From assembly GCA_051306005.1 (NCBI GenBank), contig JBPPMJ010000001.1:3610-67609 (forward strand): 64,000 bases of DNA, given 5' to 3'. Below the pieces are notes generated by a model. That model worked only from the letters and a program-made list of their open reading frames with translations. It made no database searches and was not told the DNA's origin. A program made the position numbers and the translations under genes. Origin of the DNA: Minisyncoccota bacterium (GTDB taxonomy: Bacteria; Patescibacteriota; Minisyncoccia; Moranbacterales; UBA1568). This document shows positions 38,069-47,836 of the stretch, one piece after another (within the stretch, counting starts at the first letter, position 1; each line of letters begins with the position of its first letter).

Positions 38069-39052
38069 ATGTATCATCAATTAGGAAAAGAGAATGTAAA
38101 AACAAAGAGAACAATACTATTTTTCTCTTTTTTCATCACATGCTTTTCGATTGGTACAGGAATCTATTTTTTCTTTTTGAAAGAAAGACCAATAACGTGG
38201 AGCGAGAGCGGTCAGAAAAATATCACAGTGATTGATGACGGATTGGAATTTTCTTTTTCTGATGTGCAAGAAAAAACAGTCGATGAGTTTTTGCAAGCAA
38301 GACAGCTGGGGCTCAAGACTAATGAGAGCGTCTTTCCGCCAATGGATGTCCATTTGTTTTCTGGAACGTCTCTTTTCATTACCCGAACCCATCCTATCAG
38401 CGTGCGCATTGATGGAGAGACACGTAAGATCTTTACCACGGCACGTTCAGTTGAGGGTGCGTTGCGGGAAAACGATATTATATTGAATGAAGATGATATT
38501 GTCGTGCCGGATCGCTTCGCATTTGCTGGTCGTGATGTGATGATTACGGTGACTCGCGTCGTCATTGAAGAACAATCCATTGACAAGATTTTGGCCTTTG
38601 AGAAAAAAGTGAGTGAAGATGAAAAATTGTCATGGCGTAAAAATATCGTCACGCAAAAGGGTGAAAATGGCACAGAGCGCTCAATATATCGTGTGAGTAT
38701 GCATGATAGCAAGGAGGTGAATCGTAAGTTGATACGTACAGAAAGAATCAAGGACCCAGTGCCGGAAATTATCACGCAGGGCACGTATATCCAAGTGGGC
38801 AAGACGCATAAAGGAGCCGCTTCATGGTATGCTTATACAGGGACACTTTCCGCAGCCAATCCATGGCTACCAATAGGAAGCTCAGTCAGGGTGACGAATC
38901 TGGATAACGGAAAATCAGTTATTGTGAGGATTAATGATCGCGGACCGTTCGGGATTGGTCGGATTATTGATTTGGATAAGACGGCTTTTGCAAGAATCGC
39001 TTCTCTGGGACAGGGCGTAATTAACGTGAAGATGGAAGAAATTACGAATTAG
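38069..39052 (+). CDS. DUF348-G5 protein with RlpA-like DPBB catalytic domain
   Basis: TM, ubiquitin-like repeats, G5 (QKGENG), ASWY...LPIGS.VRVTN...RINDRGPF..RIIDL. Confidence 0.85.
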   Translation: MYHQLGKENVKTKRTILFFSFFITCFSIGTGIYFFFLKERPITWSESGQKNITVIDDGLEFSFSDVQEKTVDEFLQARQLGLKTNESVFPPMDVHLFSGTSLFITRTHPISVRIDGETRKIFTTARSVEGALRENDIILNEDDIVVPDRFAFAGRDVMITVTRVVIEEQSIDKILAFEKKVSEDEKLSWRKNIVTQKGENGTERSIYRVSMHDSKEVNRKLIRTERIKDPVPEIITQGTYIQVGKTHKGAASWYAYTGTLSAANPWLPIGSSVRVTNLDNGKSVIVRINDRGPFGIGRIIDLDKTAFARIASLGQGVINVKMEEITN

Positions 39053-39081
39053 TAATTGATGGGTATTGAATAAGAAAAGGC

Positions 39082-39876
39082 ATGAAAGAAATAAAAGCCA
39101 AAAAATCATTGGGACAAAATTTTCTTGTCGATGCGGATATCATTGAAAGGATTTTTGAAGTGGCGGCAGTTGACTCGGCGGATTGGGTGATAGAAGTCGG
39201 TCCAGGAACTGGCGCATTAACGTTGCCATTAATTGAAAAGGTTGAGCGCTTGTTGGCTATTGAGGTTGATCATCAACTTGCTGAGCATTTGCGCAAACAG
39301 TGTACGACTGCGCACAATGTTTCGATTCTTGAAGGTAATATTTTGGATATCAATATACCGGAACTTTTGGAAAAATCAGGTTTTGCAGATCATCAATATA
39401 AAATTATCGCCAACATTCCATATTATATTACCGCACCGATTATTCGGACGTTGCTGGCGCTGAAATATCCGCCTCAATCGTTGACATTGATGGTGCAGGA
39501 GGAAGTGGCGGATCGATTGTCGGCTGAGCCTGGGAGTATGTCATTACTTTCTATGATGGCGCAGTATTACGCAACTGTGGACAAGAAACTTGTTGTGCCA
39601 AAAACGGCTTTTGATCCAGTACCAAAAGTCAACAGCGCTGTAATATCTATCGTACCGAAACGTCTCTACGATAGGGAGGCGGAAAAAAAGGTATTTCGTC
39701 TGGTACGCGCCGGATTTTCTGCACGGCGGAAAACATTAGTCAATAACCTTTCTTCTTATCTTGGTGTTTCCAAAGAAAAAATAGAAGAAAAATTGATAGC
39801 ACTTAATATGCGTCTTGATATTCGCGCTCAGGCATTATCTGTGGAAGATTGGGAACGTCTCAGTGCTATGGTTTAG
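39082..39876 (+). CDS. rsmA: 16S rRNA dimethyltransferase RsmA/KsgA
   Basis: KKSLGQNFL, EVGPGTG, ANIPYYIT, MVQEEVA, FDPVPKV, RRKTL. Confidence 0.95.
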   Translation: MKEIKAKKSLGQNFLVDADIIERIFEVAAVDSADWVIEVGPGTGALTLPLIEKVERLLAIEVDHQLAEHLRKQCTTAHNVSILEGNILDINIPELLEKSGFADHQYKIIANIPYYITAPIIRTLLALKYPPQSLTLMVQEEVADRLSAEPGSMSLLSMMAQYYATVDKKLVVPKTAFDPVPKVNSAVISIVPKRLYDREAEKKVFRLVRAGFSARRKTLVNNLSSYLGVSKEKIEEKLIALNMRLDIRAQALSVEDWERLSAMV

Positions 39877-41576
39877 AACAGCGCGTACGTCAAGACAAGT
39901 CCGTATATCATGGTGATAGATAAGATGATTCCAGGAAGTTTTCGGTACGCAAAAAAAGATAATTCAGTGTCCGTTCCTTGTTGTAATGACCAAAACGTGA
40001 GACTACCGAATATAAGAGCCGGCACCAAGAGTTCGCGTGTATTGAGCACAAATGGGCTGGATAAATATAAAAGAAATACAAGACTGCCAATGAAGAGTTT
40101 GGCGTTTTGCGCACCGAGTAACACGGGAATGGTGTAGACGTGATCTATGGCGTCACCCCGAATGTCTTTGAAATCCTTGATTGGGATGGCAAGCGCATAG
40201 GCTATGAAAAGAAAAAGCAATAGGGAAAAGGGTAATGCTTGGATTCCATTTTCTGATGATACAACGAGGAAACCGGTGGAGAGTATCAGGATACCAGCGG
40301 ATGCAGCGAGGATTGTTGCGATACCGGGAATACGTTTGAAGCGAAATGGTGGTGCAGAGTAGATCCATGCGATGGCTTGATACGCAAGCAAGAGAAGGAT
40401 GACGGAGAAATGTACGATACCCCCCAGGATGAGCGATGTGCCAAAAAACAAGAGGCCGTATGTTTTGTAAAGTGTCGGAGGGATCGTGTTGCTGATAAGT
40501 GGACGCGAGCAATTGGTAACGCGATCGATAGTGATATCGTAAAGGTCATTGACAATAACCGAGGCGATCCAGGCGCATTCCACAGCTATAAGGAGGGCCA
40601 ATGCTCCGCTGAGATGGAAAAAATCAGTGTTCAGCGATGTGTCTGTAAAAGAAAAGGCAAGTGCCATGCCGATGAAGAGAAGTCCTGCATGATAGATGAG
40701 CTGTGGAAGGCGTGCATTGTGCCAGAGCGCTCTGAAATATTGTGGATATTCACGCCACACGGTCATACCAATAAGTAAGACGGCGAGTATGCCATATACG
40801 ATACTCATTTTTGCATTCAGTACGCTTCGAAAATCAGCAAGATTATGAGAGAAAATATGTTCCGGTGCAAGGAAGAGAACGGCAACATCGTTTTGATTGA
40901 TAGCGAAAAAGCTTTTTTGGAACATGAGAATACCGAGAGTCAACCATGAAGGAAAAGTGCCGAGAATAAACAGTATCGTATAGACACCGAGTGCGACAAG
41001 AAATGCTTTGATAACTTTCTGTGATTTGAGCAATGTATAGGCACCAAGTGCGAGAGTGACTAGCACCACTTCGGTACGTGTGCCGTAGGTGATGCCTATC
41101 TCTGGCGTGTCACCAAAGAGCGTAAAGAATCTTCGTATCAGACCAAGAAATCCATCAAATTCATAGAAGCTCCAAAAATACCCACTATGGAAAATAATCG
41201 TGTCAATGATGGGTGGGGTCAGAATAATCAGAAATCCAAAGAGAAGAATATTCGTTGATTTACGGAAATCAGTTTTGCCAGCATAGCGCACAAGTGGCAG
41301 GATCAAGAGGAACGCACATAAAAAGAAGAGAAACGTGTGGGTGAATTCAAAAAAGAAAAAGGAAAACGTATGCTCTTGGAAACGGCTTAGCATATTTTCT
41401 ATCAGGAGTCGAAATAGGATGAGTGCGAAAAAAGCACTGACAAAGGTGGTCAGCGTGAGCGGAGCGTTTTCAATAGCAGTAATGATACGACGAAAAAATG
41501 CTAACATATGGATATATTTTACCATAATCAGCATGAGAATACAGTCTTTGTTGGATATGTGATAGAATATCACCAT
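39873..41576 (-). CDS. UbiA-family prenyltransferase with extra N-terminal membrane domain
   Basis: NDLYDITID..RP, YSAPP, KDFKDIRGD...TIP; start uncertain. Confidence 0.85.
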   Translation of the reverse strand: MVIFYHISNKDCILMLIMVKYIHMLAFFRRIITAIENAPLTLTTFVSAFFALILFRLLIENMLSRFQEHTFSFFFFEFTHTFLFFLCAFLLILPLVRYAGKTDFRKSTNILLFGFLIILTPPIIDTIIFHSGYFWSFYEFDGFLGLIRRFFTLFGDTPEIGITYGTRTEVVLVTLALGAYTLLKSQKVIKAFLVALGVYTILFILGTFPSWLTLGILMFQKSFFAINQNDVAVLFLAPEHIFSHNLADFRSVLNAKMSIVYGILAVLLIGMTVWREYPQYFRALWHNARLPQLIYHAGLLFIGMALAFSFTDTSLNTDFFHLSGALALLIAVECAWIASVIVNDLYDITIDRVTNCSRPLISNTIPPTLYKTYGLLFFGTSLILGGIVHFSVILLLLAYQAIAWIYSAPPFRFKRIPGIATILAASAGILILSTGFLVVSSENGIQALPFSLLLFLFIAYALAIPIKDFKDIRGDAIDHVYTIPVLLGAQNAKLFIGSLVFLLYLSSPFVLNTRELLVPALIFGSLTFWSLQQGTDTELSFFAYRKLPGIILSITMIYGLVLTYALF

Positions 41577-41596
41577 TCTCTATCTTCATTGAATCT

Positions 41597-43849
41597 ATGC
41601 GTTTTTGGGAAAAGGGGTTGAATGCAGAGCAGTTGCGGGCGGTACTTCAGACAGAAGGACCGGTATTGATTTTGGCTGGTGCTGGATCGGGTAAGACTAA
41701 GACCCTGACCCATCGTATTGCGTATCTCATTCATGAAAAGAAAGTGCCGTCGCAGAATATTCTTGCGGTGACATTTACTAATAAAGCAGCGGAAGAAATG
41801 CGTGAACGTATCGGTAAACTGCTTGCCCAGGGTGATGTTGATAAACATCATGTTTCCACATTACCGCAGTATATCGGTACGTTTCACAATATTTGCTGTC
41901 GCATCTTACGTCGAGAGATAGCAGTGCTCGGTTATGACAAGCATTTCAATATTCTCGATAGCCAAGATCAGGAGACCATCATCAAAAAAGCTATGAAAGC
42001 GTTGGAAATCAATGCTGACCAAGTCAGGCCTCGAGCTTTGTCAGATGCGATTTCACGTGCCAAGAACGGTTTTCTAGAAGCAGAACAATTCTCTACTCAG
42101 GTTGGCAGTTATTATGAGGAAATTGTTGCTAAAGTCTATACCGCTTATCAGACAGCGCTCAAACAACAAAATGCATTAGATTTCGATGATTTAATTATGT
42201 TGACCGTGAAATTGTTTCAAGAACATCCCAAGGCGCTTGAGCGTTATCAGAAATTATTTCGTTACGTGATGGTGGACGAATATCAAGATACCAACTATCC
42301 GCAGTATCTTCTTGTCTCTTTGCTCGCCAAACAGCATCACAATATCTTTGTCATCGGAGATGACTACCAGTCAATTTATGGGTGGCGACAGGCGGATATT
42401 AAAAACATTTTAAATTTTGAAAAAGATTATCCGGAAGCGACGGTCATTACTCTGGATCGTAATTACCGTTCCACGCAAATCATTTTGGATGCTGCCACGG
42501 GTATTATTGAAAAGAATATCAATCAACGGCACAAAAAATTGTGGACCGATACTACGGCCGGAGAACTGATTCTTTTGGTACCGGCTGAAGATGAGGAAGC
42601 GGAAGCGCGTTTTGTCGCTGAAACTATTGTTCGGGAGCATAGAGCGGGACGACCCTATCGGCATTTTGCTGTCCTCTATCGGACCAATGCGCAATCACGT
42701 ATATTGGAAGACATGTTTTTGCGGAATTCAGTGGCATACCGTATTGTAGGCGGATTGAAGTTTTATCAGCGCAAAGAAATCAAAGATGTCATCGCATATG
42801 TTAGATTAATTGCCAACCCTTTTGATAGTTTGGCACTGGAACGGATTATCAATGAGCCTCCACGCGGACTCGGCAAAGCAACCTTGGATAAATGGGTAGC
42901 TTTTGCACATCAGCACGGACGGAATTTGTTTGACGCTAGTTATGTCATGACGAGTACCGAAAGTGGTCTTCGTGAACCAAAAATCAGGGCTTTACAATTA
43001 TTCTCGGATATTTTTTTGCGTCTAAAAGCGGAAACACAGGAACGACCAAATATGAAATTCGTCGAATTACTGGAACACATTATTCACCAGAGCGGTTATT
43101 TTGATGCATTGGCTGATGGTACGACTGAAGGGGAGACACGTCAAGAAAATGTACGCGAATTATTATCAGTGGCGCAAAAATATCAAGAAATGTCACTGGA
43201 TGACGCTTTACAGCGTTTCTTGGAAGAGGTAGCGTTGTCGGCTGATACGGATGAATTGAACGGAGAAGGTGATACAGTGCACGTCATGACCATTCACAGC
43301 TCCAAAGGCTTGGAATTCGAGCACGTTTTTATCCTTGGGTTGGAAGAGGGAATATTCCCGCATTCTCGTAGTCATATTTCTCCGACGGAAATGGAAGAAG
43401 AACGGCGTCTCATGTATGTTGGGTTGACGCGCGCCAAAGAAAAAGTTTTTCTTTTGTACACGGAACAGCGTACCCTGTATGGATCAACTCAGGTTAACGC
43501 GCCTTCACGTTTTTTACAAGAAATTCCGGCGCATCTGGTTGAGGAAGGAGTGCGAGTATCCTCAGGAATGTTGGGTAAACGCCATTTTCAGAAATCTTTT
43601 CATCGTTTTCCTACTGTTGCAAAAAAAAATCCACTTCCACCGACTGATGCTTTCAACAAAAACGATGGATTGAGTGTGTTGGAAAAACCACTTACTATTC
43701 ATGATGTCCGACCGGGTGATATGGTGGAACACCCTCAATTTGGATCTGGATTAATTGTATCTCTCTCTGGTACTTTGGCAACGATTGCTTTCAAACATTC
43801 TGGTGTAAAGAAAATGATGTTGGGGGTAGCACCCCTGACGAAACAATAA
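41597..43849 (+). CDS. pcrA: UvrD/PcrA DNA helicase
   Basis: AGAGSGKT, VDEYQD, NYRS, YRTNAQS, TIHSSKGLEF, YVGLTRA, C-terminal Tudor-like domain. Confidence 0.96.
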   Translation: MRFWEKGLNAEQLRAVLQTEGPVLILAGAGSGKTKTLTHRIAYLIHEKKVPSQNILAVTFTNKAAEEMRERIGKLLAQGDVDKHHVSTLPQYIGTFHNICCRILRREIAVLGYDKHFNILDSQDQETIIKKAMKALEINADQVRPRALSDAISRAKNGFLEAEQFSTQVGSYYEEIVAKVYTAYQTALKQQNALDFDDLIMLTVKLFQEHPKALERYQKLFRYVMVDEYQDTNYPQYLLVSLLAKQHHNIFVIGDDYQSIYGWRQADIKNILNFEKDYPEATVITLDRNYRSTQIILDAATGIIEKNINQRHKKLWTDTTAGELILLVPAEDEEAEARFVAETIVREHRAGRPYRHFAVLYRTNAQSRILEDMFLRNSVAYRIVGGLKFYQRKEIKDVIAYVRLIANPFDSLALERIINEPPRGLGKATLDKWVAFAHQHGRNLFDASYVMTSTESGLREPKIRALQLFSDIFLRLKAETQERPNMKFVELLEHIIHQSGYFDALADGTTEGETRQENVRELLSVAQKYQEMSLDDALQRFLEEVALSADTDELNGEGDTVHVMTIHSSKGLEFEHVFILGLEEGIFPHSRSHISPTEMEEERRLMYVGLTRAKEKVFLLYTEQRTLYGSTQVNAPSRFLQEIPAHLVEEGVRVSSGMLGKRHFQKSFHRFPTVAKKNPLPPTDAFNKNDGLSVLEKPLTIHDVRPGDMVEHPQFGSGLIVSLSGTLATIAFKHSGVKKMMLGVAPLTKQ

Positions 43850-43879
43850 AAATATAAAAAACTAGGTGAGTTCTAGGAT

Positions 43880-43975
43880 TTAATGCTCCTTTTCTTTCTT
43901 CAGAAGGGCGGCGAAAATGTCATTCGGTCTCCGGTAACGGAGACACTTTCTCGAGCGATCGTGATAAGCCGGGGA
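43880..43975 (-). pseudogene. IS30 transposase C-terminal fragment
   Basis: Minus-strand translation HDRSRKCLRYRRPNDIFAALLKKEKEH* matches the IS30 terminal motif N.RPRKCL..RTP.E.F. Confidence 0.75.
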
Positions 43976-44022
43976 TGGAAGAACAACAAGATTGATCCTA
44001 TCAAAAGTGGAATATATAGATT

Positions 44023-44877
44023 ATGAGATTATCTGATTCACAAAACTACATAAATAACTAACGACTTGTGAGTAAATTGTTGAGATTTGTTGATTTTGAA
44101 TCCACCAAAACCATTCTCGAAATCGGTCCGGGTAAGGGTAGTATAACGGATTTTCTTATTAAGCAAAATAATAAAATTATTGCGATTGAAGCCGATCAGA
44201 AACTATTTTCTGAATTACAAAAAAAATATGGGAATGTAGTTAATTTTTCAATTATCCATGCTGATTTTTTGAAATACGATCTTCCCAATAAACCGTTTAT
44301 TGTTGTGTCGAATATTCCATTTAATATTACCGCCGATATAATTCGAAAACTAGTAGATTCTGATATGGAATCAGCATATCTAATTATGCAAAAAGAAGCT
44401 GCGAATAAATATCTAGGTGCGCCTGTAGCACACTCCTCTTTGCTTTCGCACTTTATGAAAAATAGATTCGAAATCGAAAAACTTATGGATATTGATAGAA
44501 AAAACTACACACCTAAACCAAGCTTTGATACTTCATTTGTAATCTTTAGAAGGCATAAGAGACCATTTTTTGAACAAAAACAAGAACAATTATTTAAAGA
44601 CTTTCTAACGTATACTTTTGAGAGAAGACACACGGAACTAGGTAAAGCATTGAAACAGATAATGAGTAATCTACAAATTAAGATAATGTGTAAAGAAATC
44701 GGTTTAACCAAAGAATCTAACATAAAGAAAATAGTTTTTGAAGATTGGGTAAAAATATTTAAAGCCTTTGATCAACACTCTCTTCAAATTTCGAAAAACA
44801 AAATTTCAGGAAAATATGAAAAACTACTACAAGAGCAATCTAAATTAAATAAGAGAAATAGAACTTATAAAGATTGA
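44023..44877 (+). pseudogene. erm: Erm-like 23S rRNA adenine-N6 methyltransferase with in-frame TAA at codon 13 (ORF resumes at GTG 44068)
   Basis: MRLSDSQNYINN*RLVSKLL, EIGPGKG, IEAD, SNIPFNITADIIRKL, TPKP; strongly AT-rich. Confidence 0.75.
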
Positions 44878-44989
44878 TGTCATTGGAAATTGACCAGAAA
44901 TAAAATTAAAAGGTGGAGTGTAAGGAGGTGTTTGAATAAATTATTTCATCAATAATTGACACTGAAATCTATAAAAATGGAGGTGTGCC

Positions 44990-45479
44990 GTGGCCGCTCA
45001 TGTATCGAGATACGGCTTGGAATACGGGATTTCTGCGATTTCCTGTCATATCGCTTCTGTTTCCTTCTCAATTTTTTGTAGAAGCCCCCTACCAGTCCTT
45101 CGCCGACGTACACGTACTGGTAGATGGTTTCCCATACAAACCCTCTCAGAGACGTCATCCGGAGGATGTTCCAGAAGCTCCCCGGCGACCTGTTCGGGAG
45201 AATGTCCCTCAGGAGATCTATTTCTACATATTCCCGAAGCTTCGCATTTTCCTCTTTCTCGAGCTTCCGTCTGTTCGTCTTCTTCACGTTCTGATCCGCG
45301 ATCGTCTGCGCCGAAGCAGCGGTGTATGGAAGATGCTTTCCGGAGTTCCTCGCTATCTCCCATTTGATCACCGAGTACTCTCTCCTCAGTCGTTTCTCGA
45401 TCCATGCCTTCTTCTTTCTCATCCGAAGGTACATCTCAATCTTCTCCCTCTCGGAGAAGGTGATTCTCTGTATGGGCAT
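44990..45479 (-). pseudogene. IS30 transposase N-terminal fragment (frameshifted, no DDE core)
   Basis: ITFSEREKIE, EIARN, HSPEQVAG (in another frame), ETIYQYVY, SIHERP, after which similarity ends. Confidence 0.85.
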
Positions 45480-45611
45480 ATCTTTCTTGGCTTAGATGGT
45501 TTACGTACCATCCTACTCCAAAAAATGAGCAATGGGTTTAGAATTCACCATATTTTTCAACCCTTTACTTTATTGTGAAAATGTGTTTTGATAAGGGTAG
45601 TTCATTGACAA

Positions 45612-46562
45612 ATGAAAAGAACGAGGAGACAGATCATGAAAACGAGCACATCGAAACAAAGTTTCATACCTGAAAATTCACATCTCAAATCCACTCAAGA
45701 GACGAAGTCAAGAAGAGACCGAGATGTGAATATATTAACCTTGTATAAGAATGAATGTGGCCGCCATCCGCTCTTATCGTTTGAGGAAGAAAAAAGATAC
45801 GCCTCTGTTTTTCATGACAGTGAGAGCGACACAGAACGAAATCATGCCAAAAAAATACTCATAGAAAGTAATTTGCGTTTCGTGATTTCAGTTGCCTCTC
45901 GTTATTGGAAACGGCAATCAGTTTCAGAGATGATGGACATTATTCAGGCCGGCAATCTTGGTCTTATTACTGGTATTGAAAAATTTGATCCCAATCGCGG
46001 ATATCGGTTGATTACTTATGCATATCACTGGATTCGTCATGAAATTAAGCTTTGGCTCAATGAATCAACCTTAATTCATGTTCCAGTACGTATTTCCGAG
46101 AGTATGCAGAAGATTCAGAAGGGACACGCAACGTTTACGCGTCTGTACGGCAGGATTCCCAGAGAACGTGAATTGGCGGAGTATCTCAAGGTGTCATTAT
46201 CAGATGTACAATCCCTTACTGACTATATGGTTCATTCAGTATCTATTGATGAGACCGATGAAGAGGGGAAGCCGTATACTAATATTTTGCCGTCAATACA
46301 GAACGTTGCCCTGGAACAAGAATTGGATGCACGTGATGCCTTGTGTTTATGCCAAGAATTGCTTGATATTCTACCTACCGATTTACGTGAAGTGATTGAA
46401 ATGCTCTATGGGCTCAATGGTCACCAGCCATTGTATTTGCGGGATATCGGTCAGCGTTTGGGCTGTAGCCATGAGTGGATCAATCAAAAACATAAAAAAG
46501 CGCTCCGTATCATGTTTCGAGCAGCGCAACAAAACAAGGATGCGTGTTTCTGGAATGGATGA
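45612..46562 (+). CDS. Sigma70-family (RpoD/RpoS-like) sigma factor
   Basis: LLSFEEE, LIESNLRFVISVA, DIIQAGNLGL..IEKFDP.RGYRLITYAYHWIR, region 4 LRDIGQRLGCSHEWINQ. Confidence 0.88.
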   Translation: MKRTRRQIMKTSTSKQSFIPENSHLKSTQETKSRRDRDVNILTLYKNECGRHPLLSFEEEKRYASVFHDSESDTERNHAKKILIESNLRFVISVASRYWKRQSVSEMMDIIQAGNLGLITGIEKFDPNRGYRLITYAYHWIRHEIKLWLNESTLIHVPVRISESMQKIQKGHATFTRLYGRIPRERELAEYLKVSLSDVQSLTDYMVHSVSIDETDEEGKPYTNILPSIQNVALEQELDARDALCLCQELLDILPTDLREVIEMLYGLNGHQPLYLRDIGQRLGCSHEWINQKHKKALRIMFRAAQQNKDACFWNG

Positions 46563-46599
46563 TAGGGAAATCCAAATCATTTCTGTTCAAAAGAGCTTA

Positions 46600-47562
46600 T
46601 CAAGAGCTCTTTTTCTTTTTGTTATGAAAAGATTTGTGGATTTCTTTAAGACGTTCATTGGTCACGTGAGTATAGATTTGGGTTGTGGTAATGGAAGCAT
46701 GCCCGAGCATAGCTTGTACACTTCGAATGTCAGCCCCATTGATAAGGAGATCAGTTGCAAAGCTATGTCTTAAGGTATGTGGGTGGACATCTTTTACGAT
46801 GCCGGCTTTTTTGGCATAATGTTTGACCAGACGCTGAATGCTTCTTTGGGTGAGACGCGCACTTTCACGTTGTCTATTTTTGGCATTGATGAGGCCTGGT
46901 TTGGTATATGCGACAAAGAGAGCTGGGTCTGTATCGGTTCGTTGACTGAGATAGTGAGTGAGAGCCGTCTTGGCTTCAGAAGAGATAAAAACAATACGTA
47001 ATTTGTTGCCCTTGCCACGGACACTGAATTCTTCTTTTTCCAGATTGAGGTGCATACGATCTAGATTGACTAGTTCTGAAACCCGTAGACCTGATGAAAA
47101 AAGCAGGGACAAGATAGCAGTATCACGTAAGGCACGCAGGGTAGTGCCCTGTGTGGCAGCCAAAAGCTCTTCCACTTCTCTCAGTTCCAAAAAATCCACT
47201 TGTCGATCTGGTATTTTTCCGACCTCAATCTTTTCTGCAGGAAGTGTCTGTATGTCTTGTTTGGAAAGATATTTCAGAAAGGTGCGCAAAACAATGGCGT
47301 GATAGGCTTGAGTGTTTTTCTTGAGTGTTTCACCACGTGCGTTTGTTTTGCGATTGAGATAGAGACGATATTCGCGCATTTTTTCAGCCGTGATGTCTGC
47401 GGGTTTTGTTAGACCGCCCCACGTAAAAAATGTGTCCAAGACACGCCGGTAACTTTCAATGGTACGAAGTGACCGTGCCATTTCTATTTCTAGATGATCC
47501 AAAAATGCCTGAGCATATGTCTGCAGGATGGAAGGCAGTTTGGTTTGATTTTGATGTTCCAT
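46600..47562 (-). CDS. XerC/XerD-family tyrosine recombinase
   Basis: SGLRVSEL, VRGKG, HPHTLRHSFATDLL, LGHASITTTQIYTH. Confidence 0.95.
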   Translation of the reverse strand: MEHQNQTKLPSILQTYAQAFLDHLEIEMARSLRTIESYRRVLDTFFTWGGLTKPADITAEKMREYRLYLNRKTNARGETLKKNTQAYHAIVLRTFLKYLSKQDIQTLPAEKIEVGKIPDRQVDFLELREVEELLAATQGTTLRALRDTAILSLLFSSGLRVSELVNLDRMHLNLEKEEFSVRGKGNKLRIVFISSEAKTALTHYLSQRTDTDPALFVAYTKPGLINAKNRQRESARLTQRSIQRLVKHYAKKAGIVKDVHPHTLRHSFATDLLINGADIRSVQAMLGHASITTTQIYTHVTNERLKEIHKSFHNKKKKSS

Positions 47563-47580
47563 AATGGCACAGGAAAAGTA

Positions 47581-47611
47581 GTATGCGACACTTTCTATTA
47601 GTGTAACATAC
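47581..47611. other. Imperfect palindrome just upstream of xer (candidate Xer binding site)
   Basis: GTATGCGACACT-N7-AGTGTAACATAC, 10/12 arm symmetry. Confidence 0.5.
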
Positions 47612-47745
47612 GGCGTTGGTCAGTACGCTTATCGGATATGGGTTAAGTGTCTTTTTACTAATAATCTCTTGGAAAATATATTCTATTATCCACAACAAAA
47701 ATGGCTGTTGCAAGCCAAAAAATATGAAAAATGGTCAGTGTAACA

Positions 47746-47774
47746 TTGACGAAATCAGATAATACAGCTATACT
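47746..47774 (+). promoter_or_regulatory. Sigma70-type promoter of the LysM-CHAP gene
   Basis: TTGACG, 17 bp spacer, TATACT. Confidence 0.65.
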
Positions 47775-47836
47775 GAATGTTGTAAAAATTAGGATATATT
47801 CCTGATGGGCATTCAGTTTCCAGTTTTCTGGAACGT

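Larger units (their letters stand above)
43865..45549 (-). mobile_element. Non-autonomous IS30-family derivative carrying an erm-like gene
   Basis: Imperfect terminal inverted repeats GGTGA(G/A)TTCTA...TGCTC(C/A)TTTT at both ends; transposase N- and C-terminal fragments flank erm. Confidence 0.8.

Noticed and set aside
43883-44026. 47-aa ORF with a GTAA-loop hairpin overlapping the erm ATG, resembling an attenuator leader peptide
   Set aside because: Most of it is the antisense of the IS30 transposase C-terminal fragment, and no known erm leader stalling motif is evident.
47622-47648. E. coli-like dif match AGTACGCTTATCGGATATGGGTTAAGT
   Set aside because: Only about 7/11 per arm and spacer length is off by one; weaker than the adjacent palindrome.
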